From positions 1 to 33,506 of IMG/VR virus record IMGVR_UViG_3300049859_000130: a stretch of 33,506 bases of DNA. One strand, given 5' to 3'. Both the position numbers and the translations under genes were made by a program. The notes below the pieces were generated by a model that saw nothing but the letters and a program-made list of their open reading frames with translations, was not told the DNA's origin and searched no databases. The stretch comes from a virus (lineage: Duplodnaviria > Caudoviricetes). Shown in pieces: positions 26,133 to 33,506 of the stretch. Positions within the stretch are counted from its first letter, which is position 1, and every line of letters begins with the position of its first letter.

Positions 26133-26380
26133 AACCGTTTGACGTCCAAAAGACCAACCCTGATCCTATCATTGCAGAAACAGCAACGCTGCTTCAAGAA
26201 TTTACAGAGCAGTTCCAAGCTGGTGAATTAACGGAAGCAGAGTACAAAGAATTGGCGCTCGATCTTGTCGATATGCAACGTATTGACGAAATGATGATGG
26301 AGCTCAATCGCAAAGTTGAAATCGCCAAAGCGTTTCAACAATTCCTACAAATTGTGAGCGTAATCACGTCCTTTAAGTAA
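26129..26380 (+). CDS. Hypothetical helical protein
   Basis: ATGA overlap with the lipoprotein gene. Confidence 0.7.
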   Translation: MKPFDVQKTNPDPIIAETATLLQEFTEQFQAGELTEAEYKELALDLVDMQRIDEMMMELNRKVEIAKAFQQFLQIVSVITSFK

Positions 26381-26405
26381 CCATGTTGTGCACAGGAGAG
26401 ATCCA

Positions 26406-26657
26406 ATGAGCAGGCATCACGTCTCAAGCACTCAACCTCGAGTGTTGAATGACGTTCGTTCGCTCCCCATCGAGAAACTGATTGACCTTTACGGGATTGA
26501 AGTTTCGGAAGATGGAACGGTGTTCGATCCTACCGAGAACCGCAGATTTGACAATCTGCAAGACTGGGCTGAATGTGTTGCTGAGCAAGAAGATGACAGC
26601 AACTACAGCACGTTCAGTAAAATCGGTGGTCGGTACGCCTTCGACGACGAAGACTAA
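26406..26657 (+). CDS. Hypothetical acidic protein
   Basis: ATG 26406 after AGGAG; ends in a TTAA overlap with the convergent gene. Confidence 0.7.
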   Translation: MSRHHVSSTQPRVLNDVRSLPIEKLIDLYGIEVSEDGTVFDPTENRRFDNLQDWAECVAEQEDDSNYSTFSKIGGRYAFDDED

Positions 26658-27052
26658 TTCAGATATTCCAACGGCGCCGTAAAGGCGATAGGCTGTACAG
26701 ACGTATAGCCCTTCTCGGCAATGACCTTGTTCGAGTCGACTGGCTTTCTACCCTTCGCTCTATCCAAAGACCAAGTGATGTGGTAGACCTTCCCGTCAGG
26801 ACGCTTTGGACTTCCGTCGCGCGACACTACAAGCGCTTCAATCCCATCGTCTTCGGCGTATCCTATCACTTCAAAGTTGAAAGGCTTACCAAACGGACGG
26901 TTCTCTTCACGTTGAACACCAAACCGGTTTGTGATGTGGTGTCCAATCCACTCTGGATACTTAGGTGGAAACACCTTTGCGAGCTTTTGGCGGGTAGCGT
27001 CGTCGACAACAAATGCTTCGTACCCTTCGCGGAGAATGTGACTGACTTTCAT
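26654..27052 (-). CDS. 2H phosphoesterase (cyclic phosphodiesterase-like)
   Basis: Two HxT motifs, GHHIT and YHITWS. Starts MKVSHILRE directly after the upstream gene's stop. Confidence 0.78.
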   Translation of the reverse strand: MKVSHILREGYEAFVVDDATRQKLAKVFPPKYPEWIGHHITNRFGVQREENRPFGKPFNFEVIGYAEDDGIEALVVSRDGSPKRPDGKVYHITWSLDRAKGRKPVDSNKVIAEKGYTSVQPIAFTAPLEYLN

Positions 27053-27053
27053 G

Positions 27054-27332
27054 TTAGTGGAGCGTACGACGATATTCTTGCTGCTTTGAAATCTCGTCAG
27101 TGTACATTGCAATCGCTTTACGTGCATTGTGAATGCGACGTTGTTGTGCAAATTTTACAACATCACGCACGTGTTCCTCGAACTCGAGGTAGTCTTCATC
27201 GTCCATATCGGTAGGGTACTCACCAGCTGCCGGCAGGAGTGGATCTTCTTGATATTCACGCCACAAGAGGTCTTCTACTTGTGATGTGAATGCGTCCATG
27301 TGTGTTTCCGTCAAGATGTCGGCAAGCTTCAT
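27054..27332 (-). CDS. Acidic hypothetical protein with MKLADILTE leader
   Basis: ATGA overlap with the HAD gene; D/E-rich core. Confidence 0.7.
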   Translation of the reverse strand: MKLADILTETHMDAFTSQVEDLLWREYQEDPLLPAAGEYPTDMDDEDYLEFEEHVRDVVKFAQQRRIHNARKAIAMYTDEISKQQEYRRTLH

Positions 27333-27880
27333 AGTCCCAACTCCTCCAACTTCTTAATCGTATCAGCAGCACTCTTGTGCAGAATGCCAATACCACCGGC
27401 TGCCACAAATGGTTCAATGGACTTCGCACGATCGTCGATTAGGATGTGATTTGGCGCGGCGAATTGTGCTTTATCAGAGCTTTTACGCACGAGATGTGTT
27501 GGAATACCAACGCCGAGGTGTCTTTTGACCCAGTCGTGTTTCTCTTCCGTTGCATTGCCGACGTGTCCTGTTGCGGATAGGATCTCGGGATGTGTGAATC
27601 GGTTGATGTGGTTCCACAGAACATGCGCATCAGGCATTGGATCCATAGTACCCCAAAACGGCTTGCCTTGCTTTGCCATCCAACCCACCGTTTGCCAGAA
27701 CTTTGCCTTTGCTTTCTTGTCGTTCTCAACAGCGTGGCGTGGGAAACCAATCTTGTCCATCTGTTTGTCGAAATCAACAAGCACACCGTCGAGGTCGACG
27801 AACACCTTGTAAGATGGTCGGTCAACGACGGGCACGTTGCGCTCAAGTCCTTGGGGGGTGGTAACTTCTGCCAGCTTCAT
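27329..27880 (-). CDS. HAD-family 5'(3')-deoxyribonucleotidase-like phosphatase
   Basis: VFVDLDGVLVDF (DxD), ILSA, K..W, ILIDD, GGIGILH; AGGAG RBS. Confidence 0.88.
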   Translation of the reverse strand: MKLAEVTTPQGLERNVPVVDRPSYKVFVDLDGVLVDFDKQMDKIGFPRHAVENDKKAKAKFWQTVGWMAKQGKPFWGTMDPMPDAHVLWNHINRFTHPEILSATGHVGNATEEKHDWVKRHLGVGIPTHLVRKSSDKAQFAAPNHILIDDRAKSIEPFVAAGGIGILHKSAADTIKKLEELGL

Positions 27881-27899
27881 GGTATCTCCTATAATCAGC

Positions 27900-27906
27900 T
27901 ATTTAT
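27900..27906 (-). promoter_or_regulatory. Late-promoter-like motif
   Basis: ATAAATA on the minus strand, 19 nt upstream of ATG 27880. Confidence 0.6.
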
Positions 27907-27947
27907 CCCATTATAGCTTACTTTTAGGTGATTTGGCTACAGCAAAA

Positions 27948-30638
27948 TTAGCCACACTTACTCGAGCCACAATCCGCACACTTCATACAGCCTTCACTGT
28001 ACACAATGTTTGAAGATCCACAGCCCTCGCAGATAGCATCCTGGACCTTGTCACCGTCCCTGATGTATGAAGACAAGAATTTCTTGATCTGAAACAAGAA
28101 CGATCCAACGTGTGCTCCATCGACCTTGTCAAGCGCTGCCACAATGTTCTTGATTAGGACACCGTGACGAAGATTCAAGGAAATTGCTCGAGCAATCTTT
28201 GTTGGGTTGTTATCGACACTCATTTTGTCGACAGCTGTGTCGATGTGCTTTCTTGGGATTCCTTTCTTGCGTGCCAATTTGACGAGCACGTCAACCGCAT
28301 CGGTTGTTGTGATGCCCTTTTCGTGGCTGTTTGTGTGAACGAAGAAAGCCAATGGTCTCGTTACCTGCTCATTCCAAATAACAGTCAGGTACCACTTACG
28401 TCCTTCTGCTTTCAGGATCTTCATTGTAGCAGGAGCACTATCAGGAAGTCTAACATCTTCGAGAATAATCTCTTCGTCGAAGCACGTAGCATGCTTTTCT
28501 TCCTTAGCTGACAGTACAGCTGTCATCGTACCTGTACGATACGTTGTGACACCCTTGACATATTGTGACTTGTAAGCAGAGAGATAAATGTTCTTGAAGT
28601 CTTCAAACGAGTAGTCGTGTGGAACGTTGACTGTTTTTGACATTGCCGAGTCCACCCAACGAGCAAATCCTGTTAGATCGTTCACGTGGTCCTCAACATT
28701 CATGCTCATTGCTGTGGCTGTCCATGCAAAGCGTCCATCCCATTCACCAAGCCGTTTCATGTAGCGAACACCATAATCTTCACACAGAACCTCTTTTGTA
28801 AGGCCTCTGTTCTTGTCGATCTTGTACGTTGTACCATCAGTGTGCTTGCCTTTAAGGATTTCTTCATCGCCCTCTTTGGCAAACTTGAACATTTTTGTCT
28901 CGTGCCATTCACCTTCAAACCACTTTGGTGTGACGTCTGCGAGCTCTTCTGGCATGTGACCAACAATTACTGTACGAATGTAGTCGTGCATGAACACAGG
29001 CTCGAGTCCACCTGAAACAACATTGGCAAGGATAGACGTGTTGCCTGTTGGTTGAATCGACAACAGTGAACTGTTACGAATGCCTGTTGTTGCAAGTTTC
29101 TCCATGTACTTAGCAGGGAGATCAAGACTTTTGACAAAGGGTCCGGCGACGTGCCACTTTGGTTGGCAGTACTCGAACATTCCTTTTTCTTCAGCAAGAT
29201 CAATTGACGCCATGTATGACGTGCGTGCAATCGTTCCCATTACCTCATCACGAAGTTTGTTGGCTTCAGGAGAAGCGAACTTCGTTTCGAGCATGTACAA
29301 GGCAGAACCCCACCCAAGAATACCGACGCCAATACGACGCTTCTTGCGGATTGATACTTCGTATTCAGGGAGCGGTGCCTTGGTTAGGTCGTTGATGTTA
29401 TCCAAGAAGCGAACAACAATTCGTGTGTACTTCTCTACCTTTTTCAGATCAAATCCCGAACGATCTTCATTGACAAATTGTGTCAGGTTCAACGAAGCAA
29501 GGTTACACACACCACCAGGAGCAAGTGTTTGCTCGCCGCATGGGTTTGTAGCGAACACTGTCTCAGCATAGTTCAGTGGCAGAAAGTAATTGGCACGATC
29601 GAGGAACAGAACACCTGGCTCTGCTCGATTGTATGTGCTCTCCATAATCAGATTCCACAGCCACAACACTGAGATTGTGTTGTAGGCCTTGACAGGATAT
29701 CCTTTTACTTCCCAAGCCTTGATGTTACCGTCCCATTCCGCTTTGTACTTTGCAAAGGTTGTATCGGGGAATCGAAGATTCCACACATCGTCTTTGGCGA
29801 TGTCCTCTTGTGATGCACCATCAGCTTGCATCTTTAACAGTTTGACAACCTTGTCCATGAATTCATCGGTACAGTTCACACTAATGTTGAACTTTGTGAG
29901 ACGACCAGACTGTTGTTTTGCAGTTATGAACTCAACGATATCAGGATGCCAAACATCAAGAACGCCCATCATGGCACCTTTACGAATTTTGCCTTTGGCC
30001 TTCTTGTGTGTGCTTTTGCGACCTGATCCGGATGTAATGATCTCGGATGTTTTGTCGAATAGCTCCATGTACTTGACGGCGCCTGGCGTTTCGACACCAA
30101 TTCCGTGAATAAACGCACCACGTGGACGAATATAGGAGAAGTTCTCTCCCCAGCCGCCCTCAGACTTCAAAGTGTGAGCCTGAGCACGTAGGTGTCCAAG
30201 GATTCCATCGAGACTGTCTGGATCGTAATTAGCACGAGGACCAACATAGCAGTTCATTAGAGTAGTACCACCCCACTCTGTTCCTGCGTTGGCATAGATG
30301 CGACCACCAGCAGTGGCTTTGAAGCTCGTTAGAAGATCGTAGAACTTTTCTGTCCACTCAAGTCTTAGTGCTTCGGTTGTTTCAACAGAAGCAGCACCAG
30401 CTGCTACACGAAATAGTGTGTCGTTGATGTCGCGGTCATTGTGATCTTTGTAGGTTGCTGCCCAAACTTCTTCGGAAAAGCTGTCTTCGAATGTTGTCCT
30501 ATACTTCTTTTGCAGCTTGTCCTTTAATTCTTGTAACTGTTCCTCAAATGTTGTATGTGGTTGATTGTCGGGTTCAGATTCTTGTGTTGGTTTGCGTGAT
30601 ACTTGGTGTGCGTGCGATAATTCCTGTGCAACGAACAT
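27948..30638 (-). CDS. nrdJ: Class II (adenosylcobalamin-dependent) ribonucleotide reductase
   Basis: GGRI..NAG, LMNCYV, R.GAMM, FNISV, AEPGVLFLDR, ATNPCGEQ, CNLASLNL, RRIGVG, QPTG, SKTVN; C-terminal CxxC...EGCxxCxxCGxSKC. Confidence 0.88.
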   Translation of the reverse strand: MFVAQELSHAHQVSRKPTQESEPDNQPHTTFEEQLQELKDKLQKKYRTTFEDSFSEEVWAATYKDHNDRDINDTLFRVAAGAASVETTEALRLEWTEKFYDLLTSFKATAGGRIYANAGTEWGGTTLMNCYVGPRANYDPDSLDGILGHLRAQAHTLKSEGGWGENFSYIRPRGAFIHGIGVETPGAVKYMELFDKTSEIITSGSGRKSTHKKAKGKIRKGAMMGVLDVWHPDIVEFITAKQQSGRLTKFNISVNCTDEFMDKVVKLLKMQADGASQEDIAKDDVWNLRFPDTTFAKYKAEWDGNIKAWEVKGYPVKAYNTISVLWLWNLIMESTYNRAEPGVLFLDRANYFLPLNYAETVFATNPCGEQTLAPGGVCNLASLNLTQFVNEDRSGFDLKKVEKYTRIVVRFLDNINDLTKAPLPEYEVSIRKKRRIGVGILGWGSALYMLETKFASPEANKLRDEVMGTIARTSYMASIDLAEEKGMFEYCQPKWHVAGPFVKSLDLPAKYMEKLATTGIRNSSLLSIQPTGNTSILANVVSGGLEPVFMHDYIRTVIVGHMPEELADVTPKWFEGEWHETKMFKFAKEGDEEILKGKHTDGTTYKIDKNRGLTKEVLCEDYGVRYMKRLGEWDGRFAWTATAMSMNVEDHVNDLTGFARWVDSAMSKTVNVPHDYSFEDFKNIYLSAYKSQYVKGVTTYRTGTMTAVLSAKEEKHATCFDEEIILEDVRLPDSAPATMKILKAEGRKWYLTVIWNEQVTRPLAFFVHTNSHEKGITTTDAVDVLVKLARKKGIPRKHIDTAVDKMSVDNNPTKIARAISLNLRHGVLIKNIVAALDKVDGAHVGSFLFQIKKFLSSYIRDGDKVQDAICEGCGSSNIVYSEGCMKCADCGSSKCG

Positions 30639-30831
30639 TTGTTGTTCTCCTTATTGTTTCGTTTTTGATTGTTGGGTCGAAGTGCGTTCGAGGCGTGTGA
30701 GTATGAGATGTCATCAGCTCTCTGTGTTCTTATAAGTGGTTCTATTTAGACCACTCGGGTGTTGTTCTAATTTTCGAGTGTAAAACAATCGTTAAGAGAG
30801 CTTAGCATATCTCTCGGAAAAACACAACCTG

Positions 30832-30860
30832 TTGACCTTCTTAGAGAAACACGATATACT
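30832..30860 (+). promoter_or_regulatory. Sigma70-like promoter
   Basis: TTGACC (30832-30837), 17 bp spacer, TATACT (30855-30860). Confidence 0.8.
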
Positions 30861-30925
30861 CTTGTTCAGGTGCATCTGATCCCCCTATCGGATGTTTGTT
30901 CAACTACAACAAAAAGGACTTTCTT

Positions 30926-31219
30926 ATGGCAGAGAAAGAGCAAGCCAAAGAAAAGGACGTCGAACAAGTCGTTCGATATCTTACAACCACCTTCAACAAG
31001 GCTAAAGGTGGACTCGATCGAGCCTTCCGAGGCAAGACAAGCGGCCCGAACTCTACGTACATTATTGAAACAGAGTTCGCCTACCTTCTCAACGAGGTGA
31101 TGCAAGGTCCTCGCTGCCTTCTGCAAAGAAACATTGCAGAGTGTAACGAGTTCATTGACCAAGTCATGGGCATCGCCGCCGAGGAAAAGGCCAAGGAAGA
31201 AGCACAGGCAGCGAAGTAA
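30926..31219 (+). CDS. Hypothetical protein
   Basis: ATG 30926 after AAGGA, between a promoter and a hairpin. Confidence 0.7.
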   Translation: MAEKEQAKEKDVEQVVRYLTTTFNKAKGGLDRAFRGKTSGPNSTYIIETEFAYLLNEVMQGPRCLLQRNIAECNEFIDQVMGIAAEEKAKEEAQAAK

Positions 31220-31245
31220 CTAGTCCCCTGTTCAAAGGGGATTAC
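31216..31245 (+). terminator. Hairpin, putative terminator or stabiliser
   Basis: GTAA...AGTCCCCT-GTTCAA-AGGGGATTAC right after the stop codon; no clear U tract. Confidence 0.45.
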
Positions 31246-31263
31246 TCTCGTGCATTTGCGGTC

Positions 31264-31270
31264 ATAAATA
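31264..31270 (+). promoter_or_regulatory. Late-promoter-like motif
   Basis: (C)ATAAATA 20 nt before ATG 31291. Confidence 0.6.
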
Positions 31271-31290
31271 CCCCGAATAAAGGGGTAGTT

Positions 31291-31863
31291 ATGCTTGTAC
31301 AAGAACTGCTTGGAAGCCCATCAGGGTTTGGCGCAAGAGAAACCACGACGCTAAAAGCGAAATGCTCGCAATTCCTCCGGGAATCTGCCGCGCTGCCGCT
31401 GTATAAGCTGTTGCCAAAAACTTACGGTGACTTTCACCGCGTGAAGGTTCGTCAACGCAAGAATGCTGATGAAGTTACAGAGGCATTCAATCGTGCGTTT
31501 GGTACTCAGTTTCACAATCTGCGTCAGCGTGCAATCTTTGCAGTTGGTGCTGAACCTGAGACAACCGAGGACCACGAGCCATTTTATGTGTTTCCGATTG
31601 ACGGCTACAAATTCCTGTACAGCAAAGAAGTAACGAACTCGAGCGACAACTATAAACAGGTTGTTGAGGCTCTGTTTGAGCAGTTCGAAGACAACAACAA
31701 GGCAATTGAAATCGTTACCGACGTGTTGAAATACACGTACGTTCGTGAGAACCTTGTTGAGGGAATCATCTCCGAGTCGGAGGTCATTCTGTACGGCATC
31801 CCTTACTACTTCGCAGTTCGCGTGGCAGCCGTCCCACCATACGGTAAACTGTTTACACGATAA
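31291..31863 (+). CDS. Hypothetical late protein, possible ADP-ribosyltransferase-like fold
   Basis: 190-aa ORF; CSQFL...PLYK...R.RAIFA...YVFPIDGYKFLYS...SEVIL...YY pattern. Confidence 0.6.
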   Translation: MLVQELLGSPSGFGARETTTLKAKCSQFLRESAALPLYKLLPKTYGDFHRVKVRQRKNADEVTEAFNRAFGTQFHNLRQRAIFAVGAEPETTEDHEPFYVFPIDGYKFLYSKEVTNSSDNYKQVVEALFEQFEDNNKAIEIVTDVLKYTYVRENLVEGIISESEVILYGIPYYFAVRVAAVPPYGKLFTR

Positions 31864-31879
31864 CTATAAGGAAAACAAT

Positions 31880-32191
31880 ATGTCAAACGTCGCACAATTC
31901 AAACTAATTTCGGGTGAGTGGGTCATTGGATCAGTGAAAGAACAGCTCCAAGAGACAAACAGTGTTGTAGTAGAACACGCTCTTGTTATTCACGTTGTTC
32001 CAAAAGGACCAGACTCATACGGTATCGCTTTGATCCCCTTCGATCCAACCAATCCTGAAGGCACAGTTGAGATTTACAAGTCAGCAATCGCCGCACGTCC
32101 AGCATCAATCTCCAAGGGACTGCACGATGCATACATTCAACGTACGTCAGCGATCGAAATCGTTTCAAGCCTTGAAGGCGTAGGTGCTTAA
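31880..32191 (+). CDS. Phage Sm-like domain protein
   Basis: FKLISGEWVIG...ALIPF...AY...TS.I pattern typical of T4-like phage Sm-fold proteins; AAGGA RBS. Confidence 0.6.
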   Translation: MSNVAQFKLISGEWVIGSVKEQLQETNSVVVEHALVIHVVPKGPDSYGIALIPFDPTNPEGTVEIYKSAIAARPASISKGLHDAYIQRTSAIEIVSSLEGVGA

Positions 32192-32193
32192 AA

Positions 32194-33228
32194 ATGGTCA
32201 CACGTTCTACACTTGTCGGACAAGCTGATTTACAACGCCAAATTCTCGTTCGTGGCGAGGCTGTCTATCAGTGCGACGTGTGCAAACGTAAGATACGTGT
32301 ACCCACGAACAAGTACGGTCTTGACATTATCCAACGTTGCATCATCACCAAGACGTGTCCTGGAAAATTGCACAAGGTTATAACAACCGCCGAGGCAAAC
32401 AAAGTCTCATCGGTTCCACCGTCTCTTCCAAATGTTCAAGACTGGTCTCAGCGTCGTGTGTTCTATCTACACGAACAACCAATCGAAAACACCATTTGGG
32501 CAATCGAACACAACCTTGCGAACAAGCCAAGTGTTCAAGTGTTCATTACAGTCCAAGTGGATGGTGAGGACGTGCTGCAAGAAGCCGACCCATTAGAGGT
32601 ACGCATCATTGATCTCAACAACGTTGAAGTAGAGTTTGCATCTCCACAAAAAGGACAAGCACAATGTCTGGCGTTCTCGTCTGCCAACACAGTCAACCCT
32701 GACGTGGGCACTCCTACAGTGGTCGCACAAGAAACAATGCAACTTACAAACAACGGCGAGCTGACGATTGCAACAGCCGATGCGTCAGTTCTTCTTGACA
32801 TCACTGTCGAATACCGAAGCGTCAACGTTCCGGGCGGAATTGTCAATGTTGACTATGTTGGTGTTGACAATCAACCATCGTTGACGTCTCCGTGGGTTGG
32901 TGCTTCAAAGGTCTTCCTCAACGGTCGACAATATACAGTGCGCAGTTTCAACATTGTCACTCAACCACTTGCACCAGCAGTGTTTGCTGCCAACATGGTT
33001 GCAAACGGTTCGCAGTTCCTGTTCCCATCTTTGGGCACAACACCAAACCAAAACCTTATTTTGCTTGGTACGCCACCATTCACAATCGTTGATAGGGTTG
33101 TAAACAAGTATATCGACATTGCAACAATCAACCAAACACAACCAGAACTTCTTTATGCTGGTGGTGAGGCGTTTGCAGCTCCAAGTATCATTCGGTCCGC
33201 TTACCCACACGTCTACGTCGTTGACTAA
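32194..33228 (+). CDS. Probable virion structural protein
   Basis: Beta-rich V/T/N composition, WAIEHNL..KPSVQVF motif, N-terminal CxxC...CxxxxxC; lies in a late-type unit. Confidence 0.6.
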   Translation: MVTRSTLVGQADLQRQILVRGEAVYQCDVCKRKIRVPTNKYGLDIIQRCIITKTCPGKLHKVITTAEANKVSSVPPSLPNVQDWSQRRVFYLHEQPIENTIWAIEHNLANKPSVQVFITVQVDGEDVLQEADPLEVRIIDLNNVEVEFASPQKGQAQCLAFSSANTVNPDVGTPTVVAQETMQLTNNGELTIATADASVLLDITVEYRSVNVPGGIVNVDYVGVDNQPSLTSPWVGASKVFLNGRQYTVRSFNIVTQPLAPAVFAANMVANGSQFLFPSLGTTPNQNLILLGTPPFTIVDRVVNKYIDIATINQTQPELLYAGGEAFAAPSIIRSAYPHVYVVD

Positions 33229-33250
33229 CCCCAATAGTATCCTCTATAAT
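33221..33250 (+). promoter_or_regulatory. Sigma70-like promoter for helicase
   Basis: TTGACT (33221-33226), 18 bp spacer, TATAAT (33245-33250). Confidence 0.7.
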
Positions 33251-33272
33251 TGAGGCTATTGAGGAAGGTTAC

Positions 33273-33506
33273 ATGAAGACAACCAACGACAAGCAAAAAC
33301 TCCTAATCGAATATCTCATCTCTTCTCCTGACACGTTTGCATTGTGCAAATCGATTGTCAGGGCAGAGTATTTCGATCCGAGTTTTCGAAAAGCCGTCGA
33401 GTTTATCCATGACTATTACGACAAGTACAACGCAACTCCAACTGTCGACCAGATTGCAGCCGAAACAACTGCCAAGTTCAAACCTCAACCCGTCACTCGC
33501 GATCAA
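33273..33506 (+). CDS. Replicative DNA helicase (gp41/DnaB-like), N-terminal part, truncated by the window
   Basis: Not in the ORF track. My translation: MKTTNDKQKLLIEYLISSPDTFALCKSIVRAEYFDPSFRKAVEFIHDYYDKYNATPT..., with the gp41-type YF...I..Y..KYN..PT pattern; GAGGA RBS. Confidence 0.7.
   Translation, partial: MKTTNDKQKLLIEYLISSPDTFALCKSIVRAEYFDPSFRKAVEFIHDYYDKYNATPTVDQIAAETTAKFKPQPVTRDQ

Noticed and set aside
30655-30720. Hammerhead ribozyme (minus-strand CTGATGA...GAAA) or cobalamin riboswitch in the nrdJ leader
   Set aside because: No stem II pairing between CTGATGA and GAAA, and no recognisable B12 box.
1-33506. Stop-codon reassignment
   Set aside because: Known genes are full length in code 11, and TAA, TGA and TAG (phoH) all terminate genes at the expected positions.
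1-33506. CRISPR array, integrase, transposase, introns or inteins
   Set aside because: I saw no regularly spaced repeats or recombinase motifs. RNR, topoisomerase, ligase and primase are uninterrupted and of ordinary length.

Overview
This is a gene-dense fragment of a large, probably jumbo, T4-related lytic dsDNA phage genome, read in the standard genetic code. The host is probably proteobacterial (inferred, not shown). Replication and nucleotide-metabolism genes: primase, the start of a gp41/DnaB-like helicase, two type II topoisomerase subunits, NAD-dependent ligase, ThyA, DHFR, class II RNR, MazG-like and NDT-like enzymes and a HAD nucleotidase. Host-like stress and quality-control genes: a complete yeaG(prkA)-yeaH-ycgB(spoVR) trio, PhoH, ClpP and an AAA ATPase. 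RNA-repair and anti-defence candidates: Thg1-like protein, HNH-RNA ligase fusion, an Acb1-like and a second 2H phosphoesterase, and a possible SAM-lyase/PII-fold protein. Two promoter classes recur: sigma70-like GTTGACY-N17-TAnnnT and T4-late-like (T/A)TAAATA. The three strongest observations are (1) a circularly permuted two-piece tmRNA gene at ~17228-17530 encoding the tag ANDMAYDVEALYGVAA, close to the phage clpP; (2) several unrelated, mostly late-promoter-driven proteins sharing an N-terminal MK(L/V)x(D/E/H)(L/I/V)...E leader, suggesting capsid-packaged, injected effectors; (3) the phage-borne YeaG/YeaH/YcgB system. All protein calls come from motif recognition by eye; no database search was run.
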